64,000 nucleotides of DNA from Lepidodermella squamata (Eukaryota; Animalia; Gastrotricha), in the NCBI GenBank assembly GCA_047495785.1, contig JBLDXI010000012.1, positions 1,302,001 to 1,366,000 of the forward strand, read 5' to 3'. The notes beneath the pieces are model-generated. The model was not told where the DNA came from. It saw only the letters and a list, made by a program, of their open reading frames with translations, and did not search any database. A program made the position numbers and the translations under genes. Positions within the stretch are counted from its first letter, which is position 1. The number at the start of each line of letters is the position of its first letter. Of the stretch, positions 61,394 to 64,000 are shown piece by piece.

Positions 61394-62660
61394 TCAGAAG
61401 TAATCGCCGTCGTCCGAATAGCCGGACGCAGATGATTTTCGACCCGATTCACGCGTACCCTTGCCACTGTCGGCCGTCAAACTTTTCGGCGGCGTCAGCG
61501 TCTCAATATCAGAATTCGAGGTGGTATCCCCGCCATCGCCCAGCTCCTCCTCCTCATCATCCAAATCGTCATACATCGATTTCGTCCTAGCAACCGGCGC
61601 GGATTTTGAAGCCGAGTCGGAAATCGGGCTGGAAATCGCTCCCCAACATTCTTTCACCTTGTTGCAATGAGAAATCGCTAGGGCTAAGCACGCGACCTGG
61701 CCCTCGGTCGCACACGCCGAGAAAATTGGGGCCGATTTCTTCGACCCGGTTGACAACGGGTTGACCCCGATTTTCAACAGCGCCTCCGTCAATCGAACCA
61801 GGCCCTTTCGAATCGAGTGTTTTAAGGCGGCGTGACCCCACTCCCCAGCACCGTCTTTGCCGTTGACTCTGAGGTAGGTTTCTAGCAAGAATAACGCCGT
61901 AGATTCGTGGCCCCGAATCGCGGCTAATCTCAGCCAGTTCGGACTTTCGCCGAACGAATCGACCAGACCAGGTTCGCCTAGCAATTCGCCAACCTCACGC
62001 AGCAGGCTCATCCGGCCGTTTGATATCGCGTACTGAAGCGGCGTCCATTTTCGGTAATTATCTCTCACGGCTAATTGCTGAGACACCCCGGTTACTTTCA
62101 ATGAGTCCAATAGCAGCCGGAAAACGCTCGAAGAACCAGCGGCAAAAACTGCGTGGAATAACGATCTGCCTCTGGAATCTTTGAAATCGCCGAGAAACTC
62201 TTTTTCCCGGTCCTTATCTCCGCGGAAAAATGATTGACACAGCTTTTCAAAGGCTGAACTTCGATCTGCTAGAGCTGCGCAGTGGAACGGGGTTAATTTC
62301 GAATTTTGCCGATAATTTTTCAGTAATTTATCCACCCAATCCGGCTCGAGTTGGTCGAGTAGACACGTTAAAACCGGGTCTTCGTACGAGGCTGAGTTGA
62401 AACTAGTGGGCGAGATCACCCGGCGCCATGCTGCCAGGTGAAGGGGTGAAATGCCGTCTGAGTCGCAGGCTAAAACGAGTTTTGGGTTGGTTGAAGCGAT
62501 AACTTCGACAATGTCCGCGTTTCCGCATGTAACAGCAAGGTGTAACGCGTTGCGGCCCAGCACGCCGTCCTTTTGATTCAGGCTCTGAGGTTCGGCCTTC
62601 GATAACCATTGAACGAGCTCGGTGTCACCGATGAAAATTGCTCGATGTAACGCAGTACGC
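61394..62660 (-). CDS. Ankyrin-repeat protein, large terminal exon (5' exons probably within 62700-63000, unresolved)
   Basis: RTALHRAI, GRNALHLAV, GISPLHLAA, LTPFHCAA, WTPLQYAI; splice acceptor TTTTAG at 62661; acidic low-complexity C-terminus. Confidence 0.85.
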
Positions 62661-63220
62661 CTAAAATAGGAATAGACAGTAAAATCCGTTATCCGTTATC
62701 ATGAATACGTAATTTTCGTCAAAACCCTACTTTCTGCAGACCCTCTCAGTGCTGTTGTGCATTCTATATTCTATATTCATCTTTTCGAATAAAGAAGGTT
62801 TTTTAAACGACCGACGGCGTCGAAAACGACATCCGAACGCCCATTGTCGTCCGTTTTCCAAGGAAGCTGCCAGAAGGTGGTACGAAGCTGCCTGAAGCCG
62901 ATGGCCCGGCGTACAACACAATATTTTGTGACTACATCGTAGTTTCCGTTACGGGAAAATTTGAAAAACTTCTTCAATTTGGCTATGGCATCTTATTATC
63001 TCATTTCTTCCAATGTATTTAAAGCATAGCTGGATCTTTATCGCTCTGTTGATCGTTGTTTGTTCGACATCGCGATATCCAGTGGTTACTCAAAGCTTAA
63101 AAAACACTCAAATCTATGAACGATTCTCGACGTTTCAATAAGCTGACCCCGCGTAAACGTGTATTGTTAACTGACGAGCAACTGAATGACCTTAAAGCAT
63201 GGTAAGCTGAGGATTCCAAG

Positions 63221-63731
63221 TTGTCACCAGGGAGACTCAGTGAAATGTTCGAAGACAAGTACAAGTTTTACGTTCCTCATACAACCGTATGGCGTATTGC
63301 TACCATGGCTGGTTCACGGAAGATTGGTAGAAAACGAGTACTCGATGATGAAGAAAATAACGTTATCATCACCTATTGTCAAATCCTCGCATATTGGACG
63401 TTTCCGTACTTCAAGGGAAAGATGGTGTTCAGAGGTGATTCAGAGCTAGGTCGAGCCGGCCTCGACGAATTTACGACGTAGGCGGGCCTTTCTCCCCCGT
63501 CCAACTGTTCATAAAAATGCGCGGTCGATTGACTGAACAACAAAGGAAGAAAAATCTACCAGTGATGCTCATGCCGAATTCATCAACTCTTGGCTTTGCT
63601 GGTAAGAAGGATATCCTTTGGTTCAGATCATCGGGTGTCGGAGAAACCAGTTTGGGGTTTTACATGCATCGGATTCGTCGCCGTGCTGGCATACATTCAG
63701 TTAAGTATTCGAATTATTCATTGAAAAGATA
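63221..63731 (+). mobile_element. Decayed tyrosine-recombinase (Crypton/DUF3504-like) fragment
   Basis: WFRSSGVGETSLGFYMHRIRRRAGIHSVKYSNYSLK resembles the W(Y/F)...G...L..(Y/M)M..I...AG....Y(T/S)NHSLR motif; the His appears replaced by Tyr; stops upstream. Confidence 0.55.
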
Positions 63732-63759
63732 TTTAACCAAGATTGAGTTGGATTTTTTG

Positions 63760-63900
63760 AAGTCTCATCACAAGAGCCACTGTTACAACGGATGATATTA
63801 GTGAGTTTTTTCTCGAGTTGTCTGAGACGGATATCGGTCAAGCACCACCTGAAAATATCTTCAACTACGATGAGACTGGTCTAGTTGATGATGAGGGCTC
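63760..63900 (+). mobile_element. pogo-like DDE transposase fragment
   Basis: One frame reads RATVTTDDISEFFLEL...PPENIFNYDETGLVDD, including the first catalytic Asp motif NxDETG. Confidence 0.65.
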
Positions 63901-64000
63901 CTCGTTACGAAAGATTCCCTTCAAAGGACAAGTCGTCTGAAAAAACCGCACCGTCTGACCTTCGTTCTCAGTCTTCCAGTCAAAAAGTCCTTCCCCTTTT

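Overview
AT-rich animal (invertebrate) genomic DNA with mostly 45-65 nt GT-AG introns; I cannot name the species. The first ~43 kb is a multicopy gene cluster. It holds seven copies of an unrecognised two-exon gene for a secreted, very basic K/R/G/S/H-rich protein with (Ser-X)n blocks, and three copies of a ~415-aa small heat-shock protein with an unusual GAExGA-repeat N-terminus. It also holds four U6 snRNA genes, each ~210-260 bp behind a basic-protein gene, and two U3 snoRNA genes, each ~330-340 bp behind an sHSP gene. The order basic protein - sHSP - U3 - basic protein - U6 occurs twice (862-5722 and 38141-43216). Interspersed are an intronless HSE-driven Hsp70, an i-type lysozyme, two Ly6/three-finger genes, a divergent Cys-loop channel with a basic-protein gene nested in intron 1, a secreted PQQ-like beta-propeller gene plus a truncated paralog, an orphan four-exon gene and a 5.3-kb TA-flanked DNA transposon. 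The last 20 kb carries a latrophilin-type adhesion GPCR, two more Cys-loop channels, an ankyrin-repeat gene and transposon relics. All calls come from manual reading and motif recognition; no searches were run, and coordinates may be off by a few bases.
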